Assembly: GCA_963663225.1 (NCBI GenBank)
Contig: OY760142.1
Span: 1,344,001-1,408,000, forward strand
From: Nitrospirota bacterium
GTDB lineage: Bacteria > Nitrospirota > UBA9217
Reading direction: 5' to 3'
DNA: 64,000 nucleotides
Below the pieces are notes generated by a model. The model saw only the letters and a program-made list of their open reading frames with translations. It was not told the DNA's origin and searched no databases. Every line of letters starts with the position of its first letter. Position 1 is the first letter of the stretch. Both the position numbers and the translations under genes were made by a program. Positions 1 to 10,239 of the stretch are shown here, in pieces.

Positions 1-695
1 ATCTGCTGAAAAGAACGAGCCAAGTCCCTCATCAATTCCTGCAAGTCGCCTGCTCTGTTGCAAACACGCAACAGCTCAAGAGTCGCTTCCCGTTCCTCCT
101 CGGCGCGCTTGCGTTCCGTTATGTTTTCAAAGACGGTTATAAAGCACCTGTTTTTCGCGCTGTAGACCGATATGGACAACCATAATTTGAGTGGTTTGAA
201 GTCTATTTCCAATGTTTCCGGTTTGCCGGTTAAAGCAACGCGGCCGTAAATTTCGAACAGCTCCGGATGGGCCTCGCGGATTCCATGAATAACTTCGGAG
301 ACTTTCTTGCCTTTCACATTTTTAAGGCCGGTCAGTTTTTTGAACGCACTGTTGACATCCAAATAAACGAAATCCACCGGGCGGTCCTGGTCGTCAAAAA
401 TCATTCTGCAATAAGCAAATCCCTCCATCATATTTTCGAACAACAGGCTGAAACGCGCCTCGCTGTCCCGCAGGTCCCGCTCGGTCTGCTGATGTTTTAT
501 AATGTCCCTTGCGATGAGATGATAAAGCAGAATGGCGGTCACAAAAATAAAAAAAAGACCTTTTCCGACGGCAATACGGACAAGAATCGCGGGGTCTTCT
601 ACAAGCAGGCCGAGAATGGTATCAGAAAAGTATATCCATAATGCAGCAAATACCACATAAATGGCAATAATGCGCAATGCGGATCGATGTTCCAT
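1..695 (-). CDS. Membrane-anchored PAS-domain sensor protein, probably a histidine kinase; runs off the window start
   Basis: Hand translation from ATG 695: MEHRSALRIIAIYVVFAALWIYFSD (2 TM), then LFENMMEGFAYCRMIFDDQDRPVDFVYLDVNSAF...ITVFENITERKRAEEERE (PAS/PAC plus coiled coil). Absent from the ORF track because it is truncated. Confidence 0.8.
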   Translation of the reverse strand, partial: MEHRSALRIIAIYVVFAALWIYFSDTILGLLVEDPAILVRIAVGKGLFFIFVTAILLYHLIARDIIKHQQTERDLRDSEARFSLLFENMMEGFAYCRMIFDDQDRPVDFVYLDVNSAFKKLTGLKNVKGKKVSEVIHGIREAHPELFEIYGRVALTGKPETLEIDFKPLKLWLSISVYSAKNRCFITVFENITERKRAEEEREATLELLRVCNRAGDLQELMRDLARSFQQ

Positions 696-1089
696 CCAGC
701 TTTTTTTATTGTGCATAAGGCAGTACCCCCAAAGACGATAACAAAGAAATTATAATGGATGAGTAATAAACCATCCGGCTGTCTGCTGGAACTGTGCTCA
801 CTATACTTTGTGTGCTTGTAAAAAGTGCACAATTATCAGCGCCGGAAAAGCAGTACTGATTAATGCAAGGCTGAACTTGGTTTAAAGAAAGGAACGTCGG
901 CGTTGCTGCAAAACGGTTTTTGTGACGCAGATGTTGGCAATAGCATGCAACTATAGCAAAGTAATTTTAGCATTTGCAAAGCGGGAAAACAACAAAAAAC
1001 GCTGAGCCGCTGCTGTTAATCACACAAAGGAGATCAATTCGCTTCAATGTACAACTTTCGAACGAAGTATTTTAATTTTCGGCAAAAAA

Positions 1090-1106
1090 TGCCGTACCCG
1101 TGCCAA
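1090..1106 (-). promoter_or_regulatory. Possible sigma54 -24/-12 promoter upstream of the PAS sensor
   Basis: Minus strand TTGGCACGGGTACGGCA has GG-N10-GC spacing; the -12 box is imperfect. Confidence 0.3.
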
Positions 1107-1236
1107 AATTTTCACATATTAATGTGCCTTAAACATGCTGGTGCTGGAAACAGTTTGTTTTTGCAGAAAATAAAAAATGGTATGCATAATGCAGACATGT
1201 GATCAGAAGACAATGAGTAAAGGATGGCTCTTAGCT

Positions 1237-1404
1237 ATGGAAAACAATGCTGTGAAAATATGCAACTGCGAGGATAAGCAGGACGTACTGAATATTCTTA
1301 TGGACAGCTCATTATATCTTGAGCTGGCCCTGAACGAACGATACCTTTTACTAAAACGCATTGTTGAATACTATCGTGATACAATCGTGCAGAATGTCGT
1401 GTGA
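1237..1404 (+). CDS. Small hypothetical protein
   Basis: MENNAVKICNCEDKQDVLNILMDSSLYLELALNERYLLLKRIVEYY; occupies its own intergenic space; start codon uncertain. Confidence 0.5.
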   Translation: MENNAVKICNCEDKQDVLNILMDSSLYLELALNERYLLLKRIVEYYRDTIVQNVV

Positions 1405-1437
1405 GTTGCTGCCATGCTCATTCGCGCAAAAAGAAGG

Positions 1438-2691
1438 TTATTCGCTTCCGTTCAGGTATTTAACCCACGCAATTCCTTCCTGTGCTGATTTGCAGGTTGC
1501 GGGATAATCGTTGCATAAGTTGAGAGCAGTTTGAAACGCACGGTCAGCTCCGGCATAATCTTTTAACTGCAAGTACGCATGCCCCTGCCTAGCCATTGCT
1601 GCAGCATAGTATTTTGTCTGGTCGGAATAACGTTCTGCGAAACGGTCAGCTTCTATAATCGCCCTTCTATAGTCCCTGAGATATTTGTCATAAATCTCGA
1701 TCATGCCGAGCTGTGCTTTTGCGCATGCAGTCCGGTCCTGAGGGAAATAATAAGAAACCGCCGAATACGCAACCGCCTGTTTCTTCCAGTGCTTCGATCC
1801 TTTGTCTCCCCAGGTGGCAACAGCATAATCCAGTTGGCCCGCTCCATCCTGCTGCCGTTCGATTTTTTCTCTGTCCGTGTGAAGCAGCCAAACAGGGCTT
1901 GTTTTTGCTTCTGCCCAGGTTGCAGCCGGGGCATGGTAGTTTTGAAAAAACAAGATCAGGAGAGGAACTGCCCAGATGCCGTTGAAAAAAATATGCACCA
2001 GTATCGGGGAGAGAAGACTTTTTCGATACTCATACACCAGGGCGAACGCAATACCCAGCAAAAAAACGGCGAAACTGTTCAGAGCATTGTAATTATGGAG
2101 CACTGAAAAAACTGCGGCCTGAGCGACCGAAGCCAGCCAGAGGGGAAGGCGGGTTTTCAGCGCGTTGTAGAGAAATCCTCTGAAAAAAAACTCCTCGACA
2201 ACGGGGCCTATCGTGACAGCCATAATCAAAATGGCCAGGGCAAGAAAGGAATTAGGCGCATTCTGCAACCACTGCAGCATCGGGTCCATGCTGCGCTGTA
2301 TTTTAAACAAAACTTCCACGAGTTTTACCGCCGGTCCGATAAACAACCCAATCAGTAAAACACAGGTGATACCTATTATTGTTTCCTGGAAAATTACCGA
2401 AGGCTGTAGCGAGTTGATCAGAGGCCAGGCATTCCGTTTTCTGGTGACGGTGAATGCATAGAAGAAAAGTGAGCCAAAGAGGAGCATCTGCGCGAAGAAG
2501 GCGACGGGAGCCGCAAGCCAGGGGCGGTAGTATAATGCTTTGGAGTGGTGGGCCGCCAAACCGACGGTTGCGAAGACCGCCAGAAGCAGCAATCCGAGAA
2601 GGATATCTTTGAGCGGCCAGAGAACAGGTTCCCCCAGTTCCCGGGAAGCCGCAGGGGAGTCCGGCTGATCAGCAGAGGTGTCGTGTGTCAC
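1438..2691 (-). CDS. CPBP/Abi-family intramembrane metalloprotease fused to a C-terminal TPR-like domain
   Basis: Motifs EEFFFRG, FSVLH and HIFFN in a hydrophobic N-half; C-half has TPR-like helices (QGHAYLQLKDYAGADRAFQTAL). Confidence 0.85.
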   Translation of the reverse strand: MTHDTSADQPDSPAASRELGEPVLWPLKDILLGLLLLAVFATVGLAAHHSKALYYRPWLAAPVAFFAQMLLFGSLFFYAFTVTRKRNAWPLINSLQPSVIFQETIIGITCVLLIGLFIGPAVKLVEVLFKIQRSMDPMLQWLQNAPNSFLALAILIMAVTIGPVVEEFFFRGFLYNALKTRLPLWLASVAQAAVFSVLHNYNALNSFAVFLLGIAFALVYEYRKSLLSPILVHIFFNGIWAVPLLILFFQNYHAPAATWAEAKTSPVWLLHTDREKIERQQDGAGQLDYAVATWGDKGSKHWKKQAVAYSAVSYYFPQDRTACAKAQLGMIEIYDKYLRDYRRAIIEADRFAERYSDQTKYYAAAMARQGHAYLQLKDYAGADRAFQTALNLCNDYPATCKSAQEGIAWVKYLNGSE

Positions 2692-3071
2692 GTTCCGTCC
2701 TTTAACTTGTCTTTCAGCAGGTCGCCGAGTGTTGTCAAAGGTTTGTAATCCACCGCGGTCTTTTTTCTGCCTTCAGTGCTTCCGTTGCTGTAAACGTCAG
2801 CGTCGAGGTATTCCTGGTGCTCATTATCATGACAATACAGGCAGAGTAACTCCCAGTTGCTGCCGTCCGGTGGATTGTTATCGTGGTTGTGGTCTTTGTG
2901 ATGAACCGTGAGTTCCCGTAGTTTTTTCCCAGAAAAATCACGACCGCATCTGGCGCAGATCCACGGGAACAGCTTGAGCGCCTGCTCGCGATAGCCCTGT
3001 TCCCGAAGTTCCCGAACGCGCCGGGCTTCGGCAATGATGTCGCTTTTTGTCTGATTGTTGTTGTCCGGCAT
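2688..3071 (-). CDS. YajD-family HNH nuclease
   Basis: YREQALKLFPWICARCGRDF...LTVHHKDHNHDNNPPDGSNWELLCLYCHDNEH. Confidence 0.9.
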   Translation of the reverse strand: MPDNNNQTKSDIIAEARRVRELREQGYREQALKLFPWICARCGRDFSGKKLRELTVHHKDHNHDNNPPDGSNWELLCLYCHDNEHQEYLDADVYSNGSTEGRKKTAVDYKPLTTLGDLLKDKLKDGT

Positions 3072-3132
3072 TCGAAAAAAGTTCCCAGAAACGGATTGCG
3101 AACAAAAAAATAAAAAGGCCTCAGATGATACG

Positions 3133-4152
3133 TCAGTAAGGCCGCATCGTTTCATCGGCGCTGCAAGCACAGGCGGCTGGAATGGCGCAGGCCGTGCGTG
3201 AAAAGAAATCTCCGATTTCTTTTTTTACTTCGTCAGCCCGCTCCCGGCGGTTGACTTTTTCTCTGAAATCAGCCCCCCCGTGCAGCCCCTTCGTATACCA
3301 GCAGAGGTGCTTCCGCATTTCACGGATTGCCGCACTTTCACCAACGAGCCTGATCATGTCATCAAAATGCCTGTGCATAAGCGTTTGGCGCTCCTCATGG
3401 GACGGAGGAGCAGGCAGAGCGCCGGTTTTCAGATATTGCTTCGCTTCCCTGAATATCCAGGGATATCCCTGCGCGGCCCTGCCGATCATGACGCCGTTGC
3501 ATCCGGTCTCATCTAGAAGCTTTTTCGCATCCAGGGCAGTACGAACATCGCCATTGCCGATTACGGGTATGTTTACAGCAGCTTTTACCCGTGCAATCGC
3601 GTTCCAGTCTGCATGACCGGAGAAGCCTTGCGCTTTGGTTCTGCCGTGCACAATGAGCGCGCTGACACCAACAGATTCAGCAATCCGTGCCAGATCCGGC
3701 GCAACCAGGCTGTTTGCGTCCCAACCGAGGCGAATCTTTACCGAAACCGGCACTTTTGAAGCGCCGACAACCGCCGTCATGATCTCCTTCGCCAGTCCAA
3801 TGTCGCGCAGCAGGGCGGCCCCCGCACCGCTTTTTAATATCTTCGGTACCGGACATCCCATATTGACATCAATGCAATCCACACCACCCTGCGAAATAAT
3901 GCGGACAGCTTCTGCCATGGACCGGGGTTTTGAACCGAAAATCTGGAAAACAACCGGCCGTTCGGCGGGATTCGTGTGAAGCATTCCTTTGGTGCGCCTG
4001 TGCTCGCGAATCAGCGCTTCGACGCTCACCATTTCGGAGAACACGAGGCCCGCGCCAAGTTCCTTGCAGATCAGACGGAACGGAAAATCCGTAATTCCGG
4101 CCATAGGCGCAAGAACAAGGGGGTTTTCTTTCAGAATGTCCTTAAGAGACAT
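3133..4152 (-). CDS. dusB: tRNA-dihydrouridine synthase B
   Basis: LAPMAGITD, VNMGCP, VHGRT, GNGDV, MIGR, EMRKH motifs. Confidence 0.95.
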   Translation of the reverse strand: MSLKDILKENPLVLAPMAGITDFPFRLICKELGAGLVFSEMVSVEALIREHRRTKGMLHTNPAERPVVFQIFGSKPRSMAEAVRIISQGGVDCIDVNMGCPVPKILKSGAGAALLRDIGLAKEIMTAVVGASKVPVSVKIRLGWDANSLVAPDLARIAESVGVSALIVHGRTKAQGFSGHADWNAIARVKAAVNIPVIGNGDVRTALDAKKLLDETGCNGVMIGRAAQGYPWIFREAKQYLKTGALPAPPSHEERQTLMHRHFDDMIRLVGESAAIREMRKHLCWYTKGLHGGADFREKVNRRERADEVKKEIGDFFSRTACAIPAACACSADETMRPY

Positions 4153-4227
4153 GCGGCTATTATAACCGATAGAAGCGAAAATGCGAACGCTTTTTGCTTG
4201 GAAGGGTCTCGGTAACTGAAGAAGATG

Positions 4228-4689
4228 CTACTGTCTGAATGTTTGATGGCACTTTACGCAAGCGGCCAGGAGCATGTTTGTGATTCGCTGCATTTCCCGC
4301 TGATTATTGTGCCTCGCCGCGCGGTCCAGAGCTTCCAGCTTGGCGCGAAACTTCAAGTCCATGTCGATGAACTCCGGAATCCGCGCCGGGTTTTTGGGAA
4401 GGGTTACCGTCCTTGTCCGGACCCCTTCAAGGGTCTTATCCATGGTGCCGTGCATGGACAGGATGGCTTTATGCACCTTATCACTGTCGCCGAGAGCAAC
4501 TGCTGACACTATTTTCCCAAAAGCGCTGTCGTGAGTCATCATCTCCTCAATGAGAGGGCTTTGCGCCGAGGATTGCCCGGCTGAGTGCGTCGAATCCTCA
4601 TTCTGGCCTGAAACAACCGGAATGGGAAGGCCTGCGATACAACAGCATACAAGCGCAATCAGTATGGTATTTCGGAATAAGCGATTCAT
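4228..4689 (-). CDS. Periplasmic cytochrome c'-like (class II, helical bundle) monoheme protein
   Basis: Signal peptide, helical body, single C-terminal CVKCH heme motif. Confidence 0.8.
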   Translation of the reverse strand: MNRLFRNTILIALVCCCIAGLPIPVVSGQNEDSTHSAGQSSAQSPLIEEMMTHDSAFGKIVSAVALGDSDKVHKAILSMHGTMDKTLEGVRTRTVTLPKNPARIPEFIDMDLKFRAKLEALDRAARHNNQREMQRITNMLLAACVKCHQTFRQ

Positions 4690-4894
4690 AAGGACACTCC
4701 CTGGCTTGCACCGGACGGCAGGCCAGGAAAAGAAAGCCTGTCTCCGGAGCCGAAAAGTTAGAATGGGTGATTATACCAGAAAAAAGGCGGCAAGACGACA
4801 ACAGAAATGAAAAAATACGAGATGCTCTGATCCGCCTTCAGCTGCCCGCAGGGGATACCCGACTTCAAAGCAGGAATGAAGAGGCAGAAAAACC

Positions 4895-4923
4895 TTGACA
4901 TTGATGGACTTATCTTATATATT
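4895..4923 (+). promoter_or_regulatory. sigma70 promoter of the ffh operon
   Basis: TTGACA-N17-TATATT ending about 33 nt before the ffh ATG. Confidence 0.65.
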
Positions 4924-4955
4924 CTATCTTCTTTATTCTTTACCAGGTGTATTCC

Positions 4956-6281
4956 ATGTTTGATTCCCTGACGGGTAAATTAGAATCTGTCTTTAAAAAA
5001 CTGCGCGGCAGGGGCCTTCTTAAGGAAGCTGACGTCAAAGAATCCCTGCGGGAAGTACGTCTGGCGCTTCTGGAAGCTGATGTAAACTTCAAAGTTGTCA
5101 AGGACTTTATCGGCCGGGTGCAGGAGCGGGCCATTGGTCAGGAGATTCTGTCCAGCCTTACTCCCGGCCAGCAGGTCGTTAAAGTTGTGCACGAAGAGCT
5201 TGCCTCGCTTTTGGGGGGCACGCAGGCAAAGCTCCATTTAGCGCCGAACCCGCCCACGGTCATTATGATGGTGGGATTGCAGGGGTCCGGTAAAACGACT
5301 ACCGCCGGCAAGCTGGCAAAAATGTTTAAAAAAGACGGGCGGCGGGTCCTGCTGGTTCCTGCGGACACGCGCAGACCGGCGGCAATCCAGCAGCTTGTTA
5401 CCCTGTCAAAACAGGTGGGAGTTGATGCATACTCGTCGGATCAGACGGATCCGGTCGTTATCTGCCGCGAATCGGTGAAACATGCGGCATCATCGCTTTA
5501 CGAGGTGGTGATCCTCGATACTGCGGGCCGGCTGCAGATTGATGAGCCGCTTATCGAGGAACTCCGGCAGATCAAGTCCGCAGTAGCTCCGCACGAAGTG
5601 CTGCTCGTAGCAGACGCCATGACCGGCCAGGAGGCCGTGAACATCGCGGAGAAGTTCAACTCGTCCGTGGGCCTCGACGGCGTGGTGCTGACCAAACTTG
5701 ACGGCGATGCCCGGGGCGGCGCGGCGCTTTCAGTCAGGGCCGTGACCGGAAAACCGCTCAAGTTTGTGGGCATGGGCGAAAAACTCGACGCCCTTGAGCC
5801 GTTCCACCCGGACCGCATGGCGTCGCGCATTCTCGGAATGGGCGATGTGTTATCGCTGATTGAGAAGGCGCAGGAGTCTGTAGACCGGGAAGAAGCCCTC
5901 GAACTTGCAAAGAAGCTGAAAAAGAATTCTTTTGACCTGGATGATTTCCGGAACCAGCTTAAGCAGGTCAAAAAACTCGGCGGTCTTGAATCAATCATGG
6001 GGATGGTTCCCGGGTTGAAAAAAGTCAAGCTGCCGGATGCGCAAGTAAACGAAAAGGAATTGGCAAAGGTTGACGCGATCATCTGCTCAATGACGCCGAA
6101 AGAGCGGACGGATTATACGATCATTAACGGCAGCCGGCGTGCCCGCATCGCAAAAGGAAGCGGGACCCAGGTGCAGGATGTGAACCGGCTTCTCAAGCAG
6201 TTTGCCGAAATGCGCAAGATGATGAAGTCCATGTCCGGCGGCAAGATGAGCAGGATGTTCGGAGGCAGGATGCCGTTTTAG
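4956..6281 (+). CDS. ffh: Signal recognition particle protein Ffh
   Basis: [36 protein letters not shown], Met-rich M domain. Confidence 0.98.
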   Translation: MFDSLTGKLESVFKKLRGRGLLKEADVKESLREVRLALLEADVNFKVVKDFIGRVQERAIGQEILSSLTPGQQVVKVVHEELASLLGGTQAKLHLAPNPPTVIMMVGLQGSGKTTTAGKLAKMFKKDGRRVLLVPADTRRPAAIQQLVTLSKQVGVDAYSSDQTDPVVICRESVKHAASSLYEVVILDTAGRLQIDEPLIEELRQIKSAVAPHEVLLVADAMTGQEAVNIAEKFNSSVGLDGVVLTKLDGDARGGAALSVRAVTGKPLKFVGMGEKLDALEPFHPDRMASRILGMGDVLSLIEKAQESVDREEALELAKKLKKNSFDLDDFRNQLKQVKKLGGLESIMGMVPGLKKVKLPDAQVNEKELAKVDAIICSMTPKERTDYTIINGSRRARIAKGSGTQVQDVNRLLKQFAEMRKMMKSMSGGKMSRMFGGRMPF

Positions 6282-6372
6282 CATCCGGGCCGGTTTTTTC
6301 CGCAACGATGGACAGCGGGCATATATATTCCGAGAAACGAAGGAAATTGATCAAGAAGAAAGAGGTGGACAC

Positions 6373-6636
6373 ATGGCAGTAAGAATCAGACTCAAGAGAA
6401 TGGGAACCCACAAGAAGCCGTATTATCGTCTGGTTGTGGCGGATTCCCGGTCGCCGAGAGACGGTCGTTTCATTGAGATGGTCGGCACCTACGACCCGCT
6501 CAAGAAACCCGCGGAGATCAAGGTTGATCAGGAAAAAACGCTCGGCTGGCTCAAGAAAGGCGCTGTCCCGTCCGACACGGTAAAGACCCTGCTTTCGAAA
6601 ATCGGGGTCATGAAGCAGCACGCGGCGGCAAAGTAA
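6373..6636 (+). CDS. rpsP: 30S ribosomal protein S16
   Basis: [11 protein letters not shown]...[18 protein letters not shown]. Confidence 0.98.
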   Translation: MAVRIRLKRMGTHKKPYYRLVVADSRSPRDGRFIEMVGTYDPLKKPAEIKVDQEKTLGWLKKGAVPSDTVKTLLSKIGVMKQHAAAK

Positions 6637-6684
6637 CAAGCGACGGATTCAAGGACTGACGTTCCGCACGCAGGCGGCTGTCCG

Positions 6685-7194
6685 GTGCGTATGCTTATAT
6701 CAATCGGCAGAGTGCTAAAACCCTGGGGAGTCAGGGGCGAGGTGAAGGTTGAGACGCTGACGGATTTTCCGGAGCGGTTTAAAGATCTTCACCGCATATA
6801 CCTGGAGTCTCCTTCCGGAAAGAAAATCAGCGCTGAGATATCCGCAGCACGATATGTTGATGGTGTCCCGTTTCTCCTGATTGCCGGTTACGATACGCCG
6901 GAAAAGTCCAGAACGCTCAACGGATGGTACATCCGAATTCCGCGGGAGGAGGCGGTTCCTCTTCCGGAAGGCAGCTACTACTGGTTTGAACTCATTGGGA
7001 TGGAGGTCGTTTCAGAGGGTGGAGAAAAACTCGGAACGATTACCGACATCTTTGAAACAGGGAGCAATGACGTTTATGTGATTAAACGCGGCCGGAAGGA
7101 AAGCTATATTCCGGCCACGCGAGAGGTGGTCAAACAGGTCGACAAAGCATCAAACAGGATGGTTATCCATCTTATGGACGGCCTGATGGAATGA
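6685..7194 (+). CDS. rimM: Ribosome maturation factor RimM
   Basis: IGRVLKPWGVRGEVKV, YYWFELIG, ETGSNDVYV; position in operon. Confidence 0.95.
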   Translation: MRMLISIGRVLKPWGVRGEVKVETLTDFPERFKDLHRIYLESPSGKKISAEISAARYVDGVPFLLIAGYDTPEKSRTLNGWYIRIPREEAVPLPEGSYYWFELIGMEVVSEGGEKLGTITDIFETGSNDVYVIKRGRKESYIPATREVVKQVDKASNRMVIHLMDGLME

Positions 7195-7973
7195 AGCAAA
7201 AACCGGAACCGGGAATGCGCAAACTGAACTTTGAGGTGCTTACGTTGTTTCCGGGGATCCTCGCAGGGCCCCTGCATGAGAGCATTCTGAAGCGGGGCAG
7301 GGAAAAAGGGCTCCTGCAGGTAACGATCCGGAACATCCGCGATTATACGATTGATAAACACAAGACTGCGGATGACAGCCCGTACGGCGGCGGGGCGGGC
7401 ATGGTGCTCAAACCCGAACCGATTTTCAACGCGTTCAATGCGATAAAGGCTGAGCACCCGGATGAGGAATTTCTGACAATTCTTCTTTCCCCCCAGGGCC
7501 GAGTGTTCGACCAGCAGCAGGCGGAGCGGCTCTCTGAAGAAAAACGGAGAATCGTTCTGCTGTGCGGCCACTATGAGGCCGTTGACGAGCGGGTGGTGCA
7601 AACGCTTGTTGATGAGGAATTGTCCGTCGGCGACTACGTGCTGACCGGCGGTGAACTTGCGGCGCTTGTGGTGATCGACGCTGCGGCACGGCTTTTGCCC
7701 GGTGTTTTGGGTGACGAAGAATCGGCCTATCGCGATTCTTTCGGAGACGGCCTGCTTGATCATCCGCACTACACGCGGCCCGCAGAATTTTGCGGCATCA
7801 GGGTGCCTGAGGTTCTTCTCTCCGGAAACCACGCTGAAATCGAGCATTGGCGCCGGAAGGAATCCCTCAAAGCAACGCTGATAAAAAGGCCGGATCTTAT
7901 CGCAACGGCTGATTTGACCGACGAGGACCGCAGAATACTGGCGGATTTGAAGCAGGAATTGAATATCAATTGA
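7191..7973 (+). CDS. trmD: tRNA (guanine37-N1)-methyltransferase
   Basis: DDSPYGGGAGM, LCGHYEAVDER, SVGDYVLTGGE, HYTRP, VLLSGNH. Confidence 0.98.
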   Translation: MKQKPEPGMRKLNFEVLTLFPGILAGPLHESILKRGREKGLLQVTIRNIRDYTIDKHKTADDSPYGGGAGMVLKPEPIFNAFNAIKAEHPDEEFLTILLSPQGRVFDQQQAERLSEEKRRIVLLCGHYEAVDERVVQTLVDEELSVGDYVLTGGELAALVVIDAAARLLPGVLGDEESAYRDSFGDGLLDHPHYTRPAEFCGIRVPEVLLSGNHAEIEHWRRKESLKATLIKRPDLIATADLTDEDRRILADLKQELNIN

Positions 7974-8057
7974 TACAGCATACGGGCAGATGATAAACAA
8001 GCGTTTTCCACCTGCCGGGTATCGTGAATCTTGGTTCTGTTTTTAAGGAGGTTTGCA

Positions 8058-8462
8058 ATGGCGATGAATATCATTCAATCACTGGAGAAGGCGCAGCTAA
8101 AGGAAGGGATTCCGAGCTTCCGCGTGGGCGACACCATCCGCGTTCATGCGAAGGTCGTAGAAGGAGACAAGGAAAGGATCCAGGTCTATGAAGGCGTGGT
8201 AATCGGCCGGCAGGGTGCGGGTGCGCGGGAAGTCATCCGCGTTCGGAAGCTGTCCTACGGCGTCGGCGTCGAACGCCTGTTCCCACTCCATTCACCGATG
8301 ATCGATAAAATTGAGCTGGCAAAGCAGGGGAAAGTCCGCAGGGCAAAGCTTTACTTCCTGCGAGAGCTTCGCGGAAAAGCCGCCCGCATCAAGGAAAAAG
8401 AGAACGTCCTGGCATCGGCAGCAGGTCGAAGCCAGTCGGTAGCGCCTTCGGACCAGAAATAA
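8058..8462 (+). CDS. rplS: 50S ribosomal protein L19
   Basis: [40 protein letters not shown]; AAGGAGG SD. Confidence 0.98.
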   Translation: MAMNIIQSLEKAQLKEGIPSFRVGDTIRVHAKVVEGDKERIQVYEGVVIGRQGAGAREVIRVRKLSYGVGVERLFPLHSPMIDKIELAKQGKVRRAKLYFLRELRGKAARIKEKENVLASAAGRSQSVAPSDQK

Positions 8463-8613
8463 CAGTGAAGCGATTACGAGCACTGTTCAGGCGAATGTCA
8501 AATGCCAACCTCCTTTGTGCATGAGGAGAACCATTTGACATTTGTTTTTTTTGCCGTTGTTCAGGTATATCAGAATCAAACGTTAAATCCTCCATTGTTG
8601 TTTCGAGGTTCGT

Positions 8614-9306
8614 ATGCCCCGCAGCCGGGCCTGCCTGAAGAATAGCCGTTCGGACGGAACCGCCGGTCTATTCAATGATGAACCAACGATCGATCCCCTG
8701 CACTTTGAACGAACCGCACGGAAAGACGGCTATGGTTGCATTGCCGGATTGGATGAGGCAGGACGGGGGCCCCTTGCCGGTCCTGTTGTGGCGGCTGCGG
8801 TTGTGCTTCCGGACGGCCATTTTATCGCCGGACTCACCGACTCCAAGCAGGTGCGGGAACGCGAGCGCGAAAGACTTTTTGACCTTATCCAGGCCCAGGC
8901 GGTCTGTTTTGGCATCGGCGTCGCGGACGAGCGCACGATAGACGCAGTAAACATCTACCAGGCCACAATTATCGCCATGGAGCGCGCGCTGCAGGCGCTC
9001 ATTCCCTCTCCCGATTATCTGCTGCTCGACGCAATCACGCTTCCGCGCGTCCCGATTCCTCAGAAACCGATCATCAAAGGCGATTGCCTCAGCCACAGCA
9101 TTGCCGCAGCCTCGATCCTTGCCAAGGTAACGCGGGACCGGATGATGCTGGAGCTGCATGCGAAATTTCCCTGCTACCAGTTCCACAAGCATAAAGGCTA
9201 CGGTACCAAAGAACATCTTTCACTTTTGCGTAAATATGGTCCCTGTGAGGCGCATCGCAGAAGCTTTCAGCCGGTGGCAGCTCTGCTTGAGGAGAACAGC
9301 CGATGA
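8614..9306 (+). CDS. rnhB: Ribonuclease HII (start uncertain)
   Basis: GLDEAGRGPLAGPV, DSK, IIKGD, SIAAASILAKVTRD, HKGYGT. Confidence 0.96.
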   Translation: MPRSRACLKNSRSDGTAGLFNDEPTIDPLHFERTARKDGYGCIAGLDEAGRGPLAGPVVAAAVVLPDGHFIAGLTDSKQVRERERERLFDLIQAQAVCFGIGVADERTIDAVNIYQATIIAMERALQALIPSPDYLLLDAITLPRVPIPQKPIIKGDCLSHSIAAASILAKVTRDRMMLELHAKFPCYQFHKHKGYGTKEHLSLLRKYGPCEAHRRSFQPVAALLEENSR

Positions 9307-9677
9307 GTTTTCTGAAAAAGCTCCTCGGCAAAGCCGGTGAAGACCGGGCCGCGAAATTTCTGGCAGGGCAGGGATACCGTATTCTGGAGCGGAACTACCG
9401 GACACGGAACGGAGAAATTGATCTGATAGCGCTGCATCAGGGGACCCTGGCGTTTATTGAAGTGAAAACGAGAGCGAGTGAGACGTTCGGCGCTCCCGAG
9501 CTTGCGGTTACGGCGCAGAAACAGCGCCGCATGGTCAAGGCGGCGCTGGGGTACATTAAATACAAAAACCTTCACCAGGTGCCGTGCAGGTTTGACGTTG
9601 TTGCTATCAGCACGGCGAAGGAACAGGAACTGTCGCTTATACAAAACGCATTCGAAATGGACCGGACCGGGTTGTGA
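9303..9677 (+). CDS. YraN/UPF0102 family protein
   Basis: LGKAGED.A, RNYR..GEIDLI, FIEVKTR, RFDVVAI. Confidence 0.92.
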   Translation: MSFLKKLLGKAGEDRAAKFLAGQGYRILERNYRTRNGEIDLIALHQGTLAFIEVKTRASETFGAPELAVTAQKQRRMVKAALGYIKYKNLHQVPCRFDVVAISTAKEQELSLIQNAFEMDRTGL

Positions 9678-9735
9678 TACGGTTCGGGTGGTCGTCCGTC
9701 GCAGACGGAACAAAGCAACAAGGAGTGCCAGGATC

Positions 9736-10194
9736 ATGATTGAGCTGCTGCAAAAAATACCGCTCTTCGAAATTCTTGCCGGCAACGAGCTTGAGAAAAT
9801 CGAGCGAATCTGCGTCCGGGAATCACATGCCAAAGACACCATCATGTTTTTTGAAGGGGACCCGGGCAACCGGTGCTATATAATCACCAAGGGAGAAGTG
9901 CGGATCAGCAAATATATTCCGAACATCGGGGAAGAGGCGCTGGCCGTGCTGAAAGCGGGGGATTATTTCGGCGAGATGGCCCTGATCGACAATTTCCCGC
10001 GGTCGGCGCACGCCATCGCCAATACGGACATTGAAGTGCTTGCGATCAGCAAGGCGGATCTGGACAGGGTATTGATTGCGGATCGGGAAATAGGGTATAA
10101 ACTGCTCTGGATATTTACCCGGACGCTTTCAAAGCGGCTGCGGGAAACGAACGAAAAAATGGCGGCGTTTCTTGCCATGTCGGGTGGGTTCTGA
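9736..10194 (+). CDS. Stand-alone cyclic-nucleotide-binding domain protein
   Basis: GDYFGEMALIDNFPRSAHA phosphate-binding cassette; no HTH; AGGAG SD before ATG 9736. Confidence 0.9.
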   Translation: MIELLQKIPLFEILAGNELEKIERICVRESHAKDTIMFFEGDPGNRCYIITKGEVRISKYIPNIGEEALAVLKAGDYFGEMALIDNFPRSAHAIANTDIEVLAISKADLDRVLIADREIGYKLLWIFTRTLSKRLRETNEKMAAFLAMSGGF

Positions 10195-10239
10195 ACGCCC
10201 TTCCGGCGAGGATAGCGAACTGCTCGTTGTTGATATATT

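Noticed and set aside
267-832. Listed ORFs 267..641(+) and 599..832(-)
   Set aside because: Shadow frames of the PAS sensor gene at 1..695(-)
2688-3071. HNH nuclease as a homing or defence element
   Set aside because: Matches the conserved chromosomal YajD type, with no mobile context
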